From Verrucomicrobiota bacterium (GTDB taxonomy: Bacteria > Verrucomicrobiota > Verrucomicrobiia > Limisphaerales > AAA164-E04), in contig CP170459.1 in NCBI GenBank assembly GCA_047947115.1, positions 4,064,001-4,128,000 on the forward strand: a stretch of 64,000 nucleotides of DNA. Direction: 5' to 3'. Below are positions 31,200-41,086 of this stretch, in pieces. The position numbers and the translations under genes are program-made. Each line of letters opens with the position of its first letter. The first letter of the stretch is position 1. The notes under the pieces were generated by a model, which saw only the letters and a program-made list of their open reading frames with translations, did no database searches and was not told the DNA's origin.

Positions 31200-32090
31200 A
31201 TGGGGCAAGGCAAGCTACAGAAACAGCGGCACGAGCTTAAGTATGTGATACCGGAGCATTTGGCTTTGGCGGTGCGTGATTTTGTGCGCTGTTATCTTGA
31301 TTTGGACCTCAATGGTGCCGATCAGCCGGATCTGTCCTATCCTGTTCACAGCCTGTATATGGATTCACCTGGGATGGCTCTTTACAACAGCACCATCAAT
31401 GGAGATAAGAACCGATTTAAGTTACGCATTCGTTTCTACAACGAACGGGAAGACACCCCTGTTTTTTTGGAAATCAAACGTCGGATGAACAACATCATCA
31501 GCAAAAAACGCGTTGGAGTCCCACGATCCTGCATGCCTCAGATATTGGCCGGACAAATTCCGGATGCATCGTACCTTTACCACCAAGAAAATCCTGCTGA
31601 CCAGACAGTTTTCAACGATCCGACTCTTGCCAGCCAGGAGCAGGCTCTCATTGATTTTGTAGATATGGTCAACCGACTGGAAGCACAACCGGTATCGCAT
31701 GTCGCATACCGACGGGAAGCCTGGGTGCAACCCGACAGTAACCAAGTCAGAGTCACTCTTGACAGACAGGTGAGGTGCGAGCCTGATCCGGGTGCCCGCA
31801 TGATGACCGCGATGCAAAACCCTACTTTGGTCTTCGGCGACTGGGTAATCCTTGAATTGAAGTTCACCGATCGTTTTCCAAACTGGTTCAGAGAGCTGGT
31901 GGAGATTTTCAATCTGACACAATGCGGTGCTGCCAAGTATGTTGACGGAATTACCCTGATGGGCAAGGATCAGACTTCCGAACTGATCGCCTCACATATG
32001 GAAACCCATCACGCCATCGGTTCGCCCCACTCAGCAGGGACCCGGGATCATCTGAAGCGTCGAGAACAGGCCATAGCTGCCACTTTCTGA
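31200..32090 (+). CDS. VTC-domain (polyphosphate polymerase, TTM/CYTH fold) protein
   Basis: RHELKY, SLY.D, KLRIRFY, LEIK, YRREA, RVTLD, ILELKF, KY motifs. Confidence 0.88.
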   Translation: MGQGKLQKQRHELKYVIPEHLALAVRDFVRCYLDLDLNGADQPDLSYPVHSLYMDSPGMALYNSTINGDKNRFKLRIRFYNEREDTPVFLEIKRRMNNIISKKRVGVPRSCMPQILAGQIPDASYLYHQENPADQTVFNDPTLASQEQALIDFVDMVNRLEAQPVSHVAYRREAWVQPDSNQVRVTLDRQVRCEPDPGARMMTAMQNPTLVFGDWVILELKFTDRFPNWFRELVEIFNLTQCGAAKYVDGITLMGKDQTSELIASHMETHHAIGSPHSAGTRDHLKRREQAIAATF

Positions 32091-32095
32091 TCAAC

Positions 32096-32779
32096 ATGGA
32101 TTGGTTTCTAAACGCGGATTTCTCCACGGCACCCACGCCTCTGCACCTTACCCTGCTTGGGTTGCTGCTTTCGTTCCTTTGTGGTCACGTGATCGCCTGG
32201 GTTTACATGATGACTCATACCGGATTGTCCTATTCCCGTACCTTTGTGCAATCATTGATGATCATGCCGGTCATTGTGGCTTTGGTGATGATGGTGCTTT
32301 CCAACAATATCGTGTATGCGTTTGGATTGATGGCGGTATTTGCCATTGTCCGCTTCCGTAACATCCTGCGGGACACCCTCGACACAACTTATATCCTCGG
32401 TGTGATCGTCATCGGAATGGCCTGCGGCACCTATAAATTTCTAACGGCATCAATCGGCTGTCTGCTGATCGCCCTGATATTGCTCTATGTCTGGCTCACA
32501 GGATTCGGCAGTCGTCAGCGCTACGATATGATTTTGAACATGCATTGGGCGCGTGATCTGAATCACCTGATGGAACTGGAACTGATTCTTCGCAGACATG
32601 CGTTACGATCTGTTTGTGCCAGCCAGCGATCCCACCAAACACTTTCAGGAACGGATCTATCTTATCGATTGTTGTTACGAAACCCCTCGAAGATGCAGGA
32701 TTTGCTGGAGGAAATTAAATCATTGGATGGAGTCTCACGCGTCACCGGACTGCGTGCAGAGGAGGAATCAGAAATATGA
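32096..32779 (+). CDS. DUF4956 membrane protein
   Basis: About 5 TM helices, A.GL..V.AIVRFRN.LRD and GMACG motifs, soluble C-terminal domain; the usual VTC neighbour. Confidence 0.85.
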   Translation: MDWFLNADFSTAPTPLHLTLLGLLLSFLCGHVIAWVYMMTHTGLSYSRTFVQSLMIMPVIVALVMMVLSNNIVYAFGLMAVFAIVRFRNILRDTLDTTYILGVIVIGMACGTYKFLTASIGCLLIALILLYVWLTGFGSRQRYDMILNMHWARDLNHLMELELILRRHALRSVCASQRSHQTLSGTDLSYRLLLRNPSKMQDLLEEIKSLDGVSRVTGLRAEEESEI

Positions 32780-33912
32780 GCCAGGTTCCTCCCAAATCGA
32801 TCCCTATTCCAGCATGGAAACGATGGATGGAATTTCGCCACCGAGTGTTGCCTTCCATCATGTTTGTAGTGGTGTTGTTTCTGGTTGGATTCCTTTGGAA
32901 ATCACATCTGACCAGCCCTTCTCTGATCGGACAGGTGCAGACCATGCGATTGGATATCCGCACTCCGTCATCAGGCACGCTCACCAATCTTGCAGTGGAG
33001 CTTTATCAGAAAGTCAGGAAAGGCGACATCATTGCCAAACTCGATCCGGGTGATCCATTGACGTCGCTCGGATCTCAAGCCCAAGTCTTGTTGGCCAAAA
33101 AGGAATTACTGCAATTAATGAACCTGACTACTGCCGCCAACGCGTTTGATATCCAGCGAAATGTCATGGACAAAGAACGGTTGAGAACCGAGTTGTTGCA
33201 ACAGAAAGTCAATCTTGCCTCTGCTGAAATTTCCCTCAAGAACCTGGAAAATGAATGGCACCGTTCCAAAGGGTTGTTTGATGAAAAACTCCTGTCTGAA
33301 AGCGCATATGATCGTGCGGAAAAGGCTTTCCTCGCAGCCAAAGCCGAAGTTGAGGCGCGCAACGAATTGATTGCAGATCTGGGAAGAACGATTCAGAGCA
33401 TTGAATCCCTGATTGAAGGAAGTCGCGAGATTGAGGAAGCTAAATTGGAGATTGACCGAACCACACTGCAGAGATCGATCGCCAAACTGGAGCAGGAATG
33501 GCTCATCAGGGCCCCGGTGGATGGTGTCATTACGGCGATTCAAAAACGAAGCGGTGAAATGGTGGGATCCTCCGATTCCATTGCTACGCTGACCCAGTCC
33601 GGCACGAGATCCGTCATAGCTTTCCTTCCTCAGGGTTCTGAAATCCCCTTGTCAATCGGGCAATCATTGGAAATCAAGACCCGATCCCAGTTTGTGAAGC
33701 AGTGTAAGGGAACGGTCACCAAAGTGGGAGAAAGCTATGAGCCCATGCCGGACCAACTTTCTCAACTGCAGCTATTCAAAATTGGAGGCATTGGAATTCC
33801 CATTTTGATAGAATTGCCGGATGAGTTTCAGTGTCTCCCGGGTGAGCTGGTCAACATCACCTTCAACACGCCCGTCAAACATTCGAAAACTGAATCCTTG
33901 GCAGAACGCTGA
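32776..33912 (+). CDS. HlyD-family membrane fusion (periplasmic adaptor) protein
   Basis: N-terminal TM, lipoyl half-motifs IRTP.SG.L...V...QKVRKGD and IRAPVDGVI....GE.V around a long coiled coil. ATGA overlap with the DUF4956 gene. Confidence 0.85.
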   Translation: MSQVPPKSIPIPAWKRWMEFRHRVLPSIMFVVVLFLVGFLWKSHLTSPSLIGQVQTMRLDIRTPSSGTLTNLAVELYQKVRKGDIIAKLDPGDPLTSLGSQAQVLLAKKELLQLMNLTTAANAFDIQRNVMDKERLRTELLQQKVNLASAEISLKNLENEWHRSKGLFDEKLLSESAYDRAEKAFLAAKAEVEARNELIADLGRTIQSIESLIEGSREIEEAKLEIDRTTLQRSIAKLEQEWLIRAPVDGVITAIQKRSGEMVGSSDSIATLTQSGTRSVIAFLPQGSEIPLSIGQSLEIKTRSQFVKQCKGTVTKVGESYEPMPDQLSQLQLFKIGGIGIPILIELPDEFQCLPGELVNITFNTPVKHSKTESLAER

Positions 33913-33933
33913 GCTCCACGGCATGATCTCCGC

Positions 33934-34554
33934 ATGGCACGCATCAAAGCGCTACCAACGGAAGTTTCTTCCCGGTATTACCCGTTTGATTATTTTGCGC
34001 CCATAGATTGGGAGCAGGTATTTGGTATCACGTCCCCAATAGAAATAGAGCTTGGGGCGGGTGATGGATCGTTCCTTATACAATACGCGGAACAAAACCC
34101 CCAGCTCAAGCTGCTGGGAATCGAACGCCTTCTGGGGCGTATCCGTAAAATCGATCGAAAAGCGCATAAATCCGGGATCACCAACCTGCGGCTCCTCAGA
34201 ATTGAAGCAGGTTATTTTTTGAAATACCTCCTCAAGGAACAATCCGTGCGTGCCGTCCACGTTTATTTTCCTGATCCATGGCCCAAAAAGCGTCATCAGA
34301 AAAACAGGCTCATCAACTCAACCTTTGTTGACCATTGTAAACGAATTCTGGAACCTTCCGGCCACGTTTACCTCAGAACGGATCACATCGAGTATTTTGA
34401 ACAGATGAAAACGGTCTTCGCGGACTCACCGGATTTTGAATTTCAGGATACTCCAATCAGTTTGCAAACCATCAAGACGGATTTTGAAACCCGTTTCAAC
34501 CAACAGGGCATCCAGACCCAGCACGCCACATACCGCTTGATTGCAGGAACATGA
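33934..34554 (+). CDS. trmB: tRNA (guanine-N7)-methyltransferase
   Basis: EIELGAGDG, GIE, YFPDPWPKKRH.K.RL, RTD..EY, T.FE. Confidence 0.95.
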   Translation: MARIKALPTEVSSRYYPFDYFAPIDWEQVFGITSPIEIELGAGDGSFLIQYAEQNPQLKLLGIERLLGRIRKIDRKAHKSGITNLRLLRIEAGYFLKYLLKEQSVRAVHVYFPDPWPKKRHQKNRLINSTFVDHCKRILEPSGHVYLRTDHIEYFEQMKTVFADSPDFEFQDTPISLQTIKTDFETRFNQQGIQTQHATYRLIAGT

Positions 34555-34751
34555 TCAGGCCAAAAGTATCCCTCACTGAGCATGGCAGAACTCGCCTGAA
34601 ATCCCCCTTGCCTCAGACTCTCGAAAAATCACATGTTGATCCGCACTGGTTTTGGGAATTTTCACATTCTCGCTTCCATTATCGAGCATCGGGACTGAGA
34701 ATTGTGGACCGTTGGTTGAGAATTGGACTTTTTCCATTATATTAAACGCCT

Positions 34752-36032
34752 ATGTTCAAAACCAGATTTCAACCTAGGCACCTTTTCGCCTGTTTACTTG
34801 CTTTTTCCACCTCATTAAGTGCAGGTGTTGAGCTCGGGAGTGACATGCTGGAGCTTTTGAATTTCGAGCCGCTTCAAAACAAGAGAGTAGGTCTCATGAC
34901 GAATCCCAGTGGAATCAACCGAAAGGGTATCACCACTGTCGACCTGTTCCATCAAGCGCGGGAGGTGAACCTGGTCGCACTTTTCGGAGCCGAACATGGT
35001 CTGGACGGAATGGCTCCGGCCGGTAAAGAAGTCAGGGATGGAACCGACCCCAAAACTGGTTTGCCAGTGTTCTCACTCTATGGCCCCGGCCCCATTCGCA
35101 AACCAACCGAGAAAATGCTGCAACATATCGACATTCTTGTCTATGACCTGCAGGATACAGGTGCGCGATCTTACACCTTTATCAGTTCCATGGGAATGGC
35201 CATGGATGCCTGTGGAAAAGCTGGAGTGGAATTCATGGTATTGGATCGTCCCAATCCGCTGGGCGGAATCCGGGTGGAAGGGCCGCTTTTCAATCCGCGT
35301 TTTCGTTCCATGGTAGGTCAGTGGCCCATCCCGTATGTTTATGGAATGACCTGTGGAGAACTGGCACGCATGATCAATGGCACTGGCATGATCGAAAACC
35401 CCTGCGTGCTCTATATCGTTCCCATGAGAGGCTGGAAACGTGACATGGTGTGGCAGGATATTGGATTGAACTGGCGACCGACTTCACCATTGGTCCCCCA
35501 CTCTCACTCACCGCTTTTTCAGGTAGCCATGGGAATGGTGGGAGAAATCGGGGGGCTCGATCTGGGATTTGGAACACAGACACCATTTGAACTGTTTGCA
35601 TCAGCCTGGTTGGATGCGCCGGCTGTCAGCGAGCATCTCAATCAACTGGATTTGCCGGGGACCCGATTTGAATCCACCCACACCACTGTCGCCCGCGGAC
35701 GTTACAAGGGCAAAACCATTCCAGCAGTCAAAGTGCACTTCAACGACCCGGTGGGAGCTCCGCTTTCTCCCGTTAATTTGTATGTCATCGAAGCACTCCG
35801 ATTGGTTCAGGGAAGGGACATGATTCGCATCAAGAATGATGAAGGCAAGCGTTGGGGGTTGTTCGACAAAGTAAACGGTACCGACACAACAAGGCGAGAT
35901 CTCGAAGTAGGCCGTTCGGTTAAAAACATTGTGGAGTCATGGCAAGAAGGTCTGGACACCTTTAAGGAAAAACGGAAACCTTACCTCATCTACTCAACAT
36001 CCGAATCCACAAAATCCAATGCCCAGCGATAG
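34752..36032 (+). CDS. Exo-beta-N-acetylmuramidase NamZ family (DUF1343)
   Basis: Signal peptide, RVGL.TN, LFG.EHG, SLYG, YDLQD.G.R.YTF, VLDRPNP, GMT.GELA. Confidence 0.9.
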   Translation: MFKTRFQPRHLFACLLAFSTSLSAGVELGSDMLELLNFEPLQNKRVGLMTNPSGINRKGITTVDLFHQAREVNLVALFGAEHGLDGMAPAGKEVRDGTDPKTGLPVFSLYGPGPIRKPTEKMLQHIDILVYDLQDTGARSYTFISSMGMAMDACGKAGVEFMVLDRPNPLGGIRVEGPLFNPRFRSMVGQWPIPYVYGMTCGELARMINGTGMIENPCVLYIVPMRGWKRDMVWQDIGLNWRPTSPLVPHSHSPLFQVAMGMVGEIGGLDLGFGTQTPFELFASAWLDAPAVSEHLNQLDLPGTRFESTHTTVARGRYKGKTIPAVKVHFNDPVGAPLSPVNLYVIEALRLVQGRDMIRIKNDEGKRWGLFDKVNGTDTTRRDLEVGRSVKNIVESWQEGLDTFKEKRKPYLIYSTSESTKSNAQR

Positions 36033-36163
36033 CAGTGTGCTGAGCATCAAACCGATAAACGGCCCTTCCCTTGGGCACATGAAGGCTCTGAGGAATTAAT
36101 GCCAACGAATCGTTGCATCGGACGGCACGATTTTGCATAATGCCTTCGAAGACAATTTATCCC

Positions 36164-37687
36164 ATGGAGTACGAATTGGTTACCCAGGAAGACGTATTTC
36201 ACTCAATGGAATCCGCCAAGTCGATTGGCCGCAAAGCCTATGACGAACTTGTCACGCATCTGCGAGCGGATCTCCTCGAAGCCCAGCGTGCCCTGGAAGC
36301 AACCTCTCAATCGGTGATCATCACCATTGGAGGTGTGGACGGCGCGGGTAAAGGTGAAGTCATTCAAATCCTCAATGAATGGTTGGATCCACGTGGTCTG
36401 GACACTCATAGCTTCTGGGATATGGCGGCGAATGCGACGGATCGCCCCTACCAATGGAGGTATTGGCAGTCCCTGCCCAAGCGTGGACGCATTGCTATCT
36501 GGTTTGGAGGCATGTACACGGACCCGATCGACAAATACGTTCACGAACGACGTCACCCCGAATGGGCCAAGGAAATCAGTCGTGAAATCCGTTTTTTTGA
36601 AAACATGTTGCGTGAGGATGGGACGATTCAGATTAAAATCTGGTTGCACCTGACAAAAGGCGCCCAGCACAGGCGCTTGAAGGATCTGTATGATAACCCG
36701 CAGGAACATTGGCGTGCCATGCAGGATGATTGGAAGCACCACAACCTTTACGAACATTTTTCAGAAGCTGCCGAGCAATTGATTTCACGCACAAATCGGA
36801 AAGAATCCCCCTGGCATGTCATCGATGCATCCATCAAGGAATGGAGGAATGTCACTGTAGGACGTCTGTTGCACGAAACCGTGCTCAAGGCAATCAAGTT
36901 GCAAACATCGAAGCCAAGCAAAAAGAAAATCGCACAGAAGTTTTCCAAGGTCGAACGAGATTACCTCTCCGAAGTGGACTTGGACCAGAAATTGGATACC
37001 GAAGTGTATGAACAGGCTTTAATCACCTGGCAGGGACGATTGCATCGACTTTTCTGGGAAGCCTATGATCGCAACATCTCCACCGTCCTAACCTTTGAGG
37101 GATGGGACGCAGCTGGCAAAGGTAGCGCCATCAAGCGTGTCACGGCCGCCATCGACGCCCGCCTGTATCGCATCGTTTGCGTCGGAGCCCCGACACAGGA
37201 AGAGAACAGATATCACTATCTGTGGCGCTTTTGGGGCCCTCTTCCAAGAGCGGGACGTATCACAATTTTCGACAGATCATGGTACGGGCGAGTACTGGTT
37301 GAGCGGGTTGAAAAATTCGCAGAAGAAAAGGAATGGACACGGGCTTATGAGGAAATCAACGAATTTGAAGAGCTTCTGACAAGTCATGGCACCGTTGTTT
37401 GCAAATTCTGGCTGCATATCAGCAAGGACAAGCAAATGGATCGATTTAAAAAGCGGTTAAAAGTCCCTTACAAACGGCACAAAATAACCGAGGAAGACTG
37501 GCGCAACCGGGAGAAGTGGTCTCAGTATGAAACGGCGGTAAATGACATGATCGGTCTGACCAATACTCCCAACGCACCCTGGACCATTGTGGCCGGTAAC
37601 AGTAAGAAGTTTGCCCGCATACAGATTCTCCAATCCATCTGTCGACAATTGGAACAAGCGCTGGGAAATTCGGGCGACCAAAGCTGA
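36164..37687 (+). CDS. pap: Polyphosphate:AMP phosphotransferase (two-domain PPK2)
   Basis: Two PPK2 domains: GVDGAGKG and EGWDAAGKG..IKR, FDRSWYGRVLVERVE. TTGCAT-N17-CATAAT at 36113-36141 favours the ATG 36164 start. Confidence 0.92.
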   Translation: MEYELVTQEDVFHSMESAKSIGRKAYDELVTHLRADLLEAQRALEATSQSVIITIGGVDGAGKGEVIQILNEWLDPRGLDTHSFWDMAANATDRPYQWRYWQSLPKRGRIAIWFGGMYTDPIDKYVHERRHPEWAKEISREIRFFENMLREDGTIQIKIWLHLTKGAQHRRLKDLYDNPQEHWRAMQDDWKHHNLYEHFSEAAEQLISRTNRKESPWHVIDASIKEWRNVTVGRLLHETVLKAIKLQTSKPSKKKIAQKFSKVERDYLSEVDLDQKLDTEVYEQALITWQGRLHRLFWEAYDRNISTVLTFEGWDAAGKGSAIKRVTAAIDARLYRIVCVGAPTQEENRYHYLWRFWGPLPRAGRITIFDRSWYGRVLVERVEKFAEEKEWTRAYEEINEFEELLTSHGTVVCKFWLHISKDKQMDRFKKRLKVPYKRHKITEEDWRNREKWSQYETAVNDMIGLTNTPNAPWTIVAGNSKKFARIQILQSICRQLEQALGNSGDQS

Positions 37688-37738
37688 TTTTCCAGCAAAC
37701 CCGTTGCGAACGTCGGCAATCTCATTCATAATCTCCGC

Positions 37739-38935
37739 GTGAGTTTCGCTGAAACCTTTCATCATTTCCCTGCTGTGGATTGGCAAGACCGATGCATGAC
37801 ATCGTCGGCTGCCGGTGTGGAGCGTGCCTTGGCCACATCGCACAGTGATACCCTGGCGCAATTTGCGGCATTGATTTCTCCGTCGGCAGAGGCCTATCTG
37901 GAATCCATTTGCCAAACTTCCAAATCCATTACCCAACAGCGTTTTGGAAAAGTAATCCGCCTCTTTGCTCCGTTGTATTTGTCTAATGAATGCATTAACA
38001 ACTGCTCCTATTGCGGTTTTTCCCGGGATAACCCCATTCTACGAGTGACATTGTCTGCGGAAGACATCCTCAGCGAGGCACGGGAACTTACCCGTCAGGG
38101 ATTCAGAAACATTCTGCTGGTTGCCGGGGAACATCCCAAATTTGTTTCATCCGGATATTTGGAAGCGTCTCTTCGGCAATTGAGGACTTTCGTCCCGGGT
38201 TTGTCTTTGGAAGTCGGTCCGATGGAAGCCAATGAGTACCGGTCCATGGTCCGCGCCGGTGCAGAAGGCTTGGTGGTGTACCAGGAGACTTACGACCGTG
38301 AGATGTACGTAAAAATGCATACGGCTGGCCCCAAAAAGCACTTTGACTGGCGGCTGGAAACTCCGGAGAGAGCTTATGAGGCGGGTTTCCGTCGTTTGGG
38401 TATCGGAGCTCTGTTTGGATTGTCGGACTGGCGCACCGAAGCGTTGGCTCTTGCCGCACACACGCAATATCTGCTGAAACATTGCTGGAAAGCACAGCTG
38501 ACCCTCTCATTTCCCAGATTACGCCCTTGTGCAGGATCTTTTAAACCGCTGACACATTTGTCCGACAAACACCTGGTACAGCTGGTTTCCGCCTTTCGAA
38601 TCTGTTTTCCAGATGTCGGTCTGGTATTGTCGACTCGAGAACCGGCGCCTTTGAGAAACGGTTTGATACCACTTGGGATCACTCTCATGAGCGCAGGTAG
38701 TCACACTGAACCGGGCGGCTATACCGGCGCCGGCAAGGAAAAACTGCACCAAACGGAGAAAGGACGCGTCGTACCTATTTCCGAGGGCAGCAGCGAGTGG
38801 GCGGACGGTCAGGCGTCAGCAACCGGACAATTCGATATTGCCGATGAACGATCCCCGGAAGAAATGGCTCAACAAATTCGCAACCTCGGATACGAACCCG
38901 TGTGGAAAGACTGGGACGCCGGGATTCTCGCCTGA
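37739..38935 (+). CDS. thiH: 2-iminoacetate synthase (radical SAM)
   Basis: FAPLYLSNEC.N.C.YCGFS, YQETY, GIGAL.GL, SFPRLRP, LSTRE, SAGS.T.PGGY, QF.I.D.RS; adjacent to thiS. Confidence 0.93.
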   Translation: MSFAETFHHFPAVDWQDRCMTSSAAGVERALATSHSDTLAQFAALISPSAEAYLESICQTSKSITQQRFGKVIRLFAPLYLSNECINNCSYCGFSRDNPILRVTLSAEDILSEARELTRQGFRNILLVAGEHPKFVSSGYLEASLRQLRTFVPGLSLEVGPMEANEYRSMVRAGAEGLVVYQETYDREMYVKMHTAGPKKHFDWRLETPERAYEAGFRRLGIGALFGLSDWRTEALALAAHTQYLLKHCWKAQLTLSFPRLRPCAGSFKPLTHLSDKHLVQLVSAFRICFPDVGLVLSTREPAPLRNGLIPLGITLMSAGSHTEPGGYTGAGKEKLHQTEKGRVVPISEGSSEWADGQASATGQFDIADERSPEEMAQQIRNLGYEPVWKDWDAGILA

Positions 38936-38966
38936 CATCATACATTCTCAAAGTATCTGAATTCAA

Positions 38967-39173
38967 ATGCCGGTCGTCACTGCAAACGGAAAAGAACTGA
39001 AAACCGAAACCATCCCCTGCTCTTTGGAAACGTTTCTGAGAGAGCAAGGGCTCATGCCGAAATCAGTCGTCGTTGAGTTGAATGGAAATGCCATTCCTCC
39101 TTCTGAATTTGCGGATCACCTCGTAAAAGATGGCGACCGGATGGAAATCGTCAAAATTGTCGCGGGGGGATAA
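38967..39173 (+). CDS. thiS: Sulfur carrier protein ThiS
   Basis: 68 aa, VVELNG, GD..EIV...GG C-terminus. Confidence 0.92.
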   Translation: MPVVTANGKELKTETIPCSLETFLREQGLMPKSVVVELNGNAIPPSEFADHLVKDGDRMEIVKIVAGG

Positions 39174-39237
39174 AACCACTACCGCGCAACCACTCATCGG
39201 CGTTTAACAAAACACCAGCGTCATGGGGCTGCTTTCC

Positions 39238-41022
39238 TCATTTCAATGGCCAAAGGAGCGGGATAACCGCGGAAGCCACCGCCCAAATCAACAGATTCAA
39301 GGGCAATCCCACCCGAATAAAGTCGCGAAATTGATATCCTCCCGCACCGTATACAAGTGCGTTGGTTTGATATCCAATGGGAGAGGCAAAACATGCGGAA
39401 GCACCTATCGCAACCGCAATCATAAATGGTTTGGTTGCCAGATTCAGGTGATGGGCCATTTCCAAAACAATCGGAGTCATGATGACCGCAACAGCGTTGT
39501 TGGATAAAAAAGTGGTCAGCAGAGAGGTCAATAATATGATACCGGATAATAAGACAACGGGATGACTCCCTCCCATGGCGGCGATCAAATGACTCGCCAG
39601 CCAATCAATCCCAGACGTCTTCTTCAGAGCCGCCCCCAATCCCAGCATTCCAAAGATCAAAAACAAAATGCGCCAATCCACAGCCCGATAAGCTTCATCC
39701 ATCTCCAGGCACCCAGTCATCACCACGATCAATGCAGCAGCCAACCCCAAAGCAGCAATTGGCATTGATGTGAAGGTAGCCGCTAATACCATCGCAAGAA
39801 TGACTCCCGCAGCGATCCATTGCTTGCTCTTGCGTGGCACCAGTCGTGGTTCATCGGACAAAACAATCACATCACGCGAATCCCTGAGGCGACGCATCGA
39901 GTTCTCTGTTCCTTCCAATAATAACGTGTCACCGTACTGCAGCACTGTGGATTCGAATTGATTGCGCAGGTTCACCCCGTGTCGGTGCACGGCAAGAACC
40001 AATACACCGAACAATCTGCGCAAATCTCCTTGTCGAATCGATTTCCCAATCAATGAGGATCGTGGACTGACCACACATTCAGCCACCGCCGCTTTCTGAG
40101 TTCCCACCCATTCAAGCCCCATCTGCCCATCCCCTTTGAGTATTTCCAATCCCGATAGGTTTTTCAGTTCCATCACCGATGAGAAAACAGTGCTCAGCCT
40201 GACCCGATCTCCCGCCTGAAACACGACTTGATCCAACGGCACGCCAATCAATTCATCACCACGAATCACTTCCAGAATTCGGGCTTTGGGAATGGATTTG
40301 AGGGATGTCTCGATCAGTTTTTTTCCTACCAGCGGAGAGTTGGGAACAATAATAGCTTCGGTGAAGAACTGTTTACTCTCGGTCGTTTGCAGGATGGTGG
40401 ACAGAGTCTCGCGATCGGGAAGCAACTTCCGCCCAATGGTCCACAGGTATCCCAAGCCAACCGCCGTCAAGATGAGTGCCACCCCGGTCAAATCAAACAT
40501 GCCAAGCGCTTTTTCTCCCAAACTATGTGCCGTTGAACTCACCAGGATGTTGGTTGAAGTTCCAATCAAAGTGCAGCAACCGCCAAGAATGGAAGCAAAT
40601 GACAGCGGGATCAAAAGTTTCGATGGTTTGATGCCTCTTTTTGATACAATGCCGATCACCATCGGCATGAAGACAAGCACGACAGGCGTGTTGTTTATAA
40701 AAGCGGACAAAAATGCCACCATGGGCAACAGCAACAAACTAACGGAAAGCTCCGATTTCCCCACAATTTTGTTCAACCACCCCCCCACCCGGTCGATGGC
40801 TCCCGTCCGCTCAAGCGCCGAACTCAACACAAACATGCAGGCGACGGCAATGACCGCCTCGTTGCTGAATACATGGAACAGTTCCTCCGGGGTCAACAGT
40901 CCGGCAAAAACCAGCAACACCATAGCTGCCACAGAAATGACATCCGATCGCCATCGCTCCCAGACCATGGCAGCGAATACCACTCCCACCAGAGTGAATA
41001 CAATGATCATGTCATTTGTCAT
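39238..41022 (-). CDS. SLC13/CitMHS-type permease with two TrkA-C domains
   Basis: SAFINNT, LIPLSFASILGG..TLIGTSTN, central TrkA-C repeats, SNNA, PIGYQTN..VYG.GGY.F.DF. Confidence 0.9.
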   Translation of the reverse strand: MTNDMIIVFTLVGVVFAAMVWERWRSDVISVAAMVLLVFAGLLTPEELFHVFSNEAVIAVACMFVLSSALERTGAIDRVGGWLNKIVGKSELSVSLLLLPMVAFLSAFINNTPVVLVFMPMVIGIVSKRGIKPSKLLIPLSFASILGGCCTLIGTSTNILVSSTAHSLGEKALGMFDLTGVALILTAVGLGYLWTIGRKLLPDRETLSTILQTTESKQFFTEAIIVPNSPLVGKKLIETSLKSIPKARILEVIRGDELIGVPLDQVVFQAGDRVRLSTVFSSVMELKNLSGLEILKGDGQMGLEWVGTQKAAVAECVVSPRSSLIGKSIRQGDLRRLFGVLVLAVHRHGVNLRNQFESTVLQYGDTLLLEGTENSMRRLRDSRDVIVLSDEPRLVPRKSKQWIAAGVILAMVLAATFTSMPIAALGLAAALIVVMTGCLEMDEAYRAVDWRILFLIFGMLGLGAALKKTSGIDWLASHLIAAMGGSHPVVLLSGIILLTSLLTTFLSNNAVAVIMTPIVLEMAHHLNLATKPFMIAVAIGASACFASPIGYQTNALVYGAGGYQFRDFIRVGLPLNLLIWAVASAVIPLLWPLK

Positions 41023-41086
41023 GGCAAAAAAACGGCCTGATGATTCCAAGATTCAATCTTCCATGGCCGAACCGGTTCAAACAGGC

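Noticed and set aside
37688..37738. Expected TPP riboswitch before thiH-thiS
   Set aside because: The gap is only about 50 bp and lacks the CTGAGA / GATAATGC-type core.
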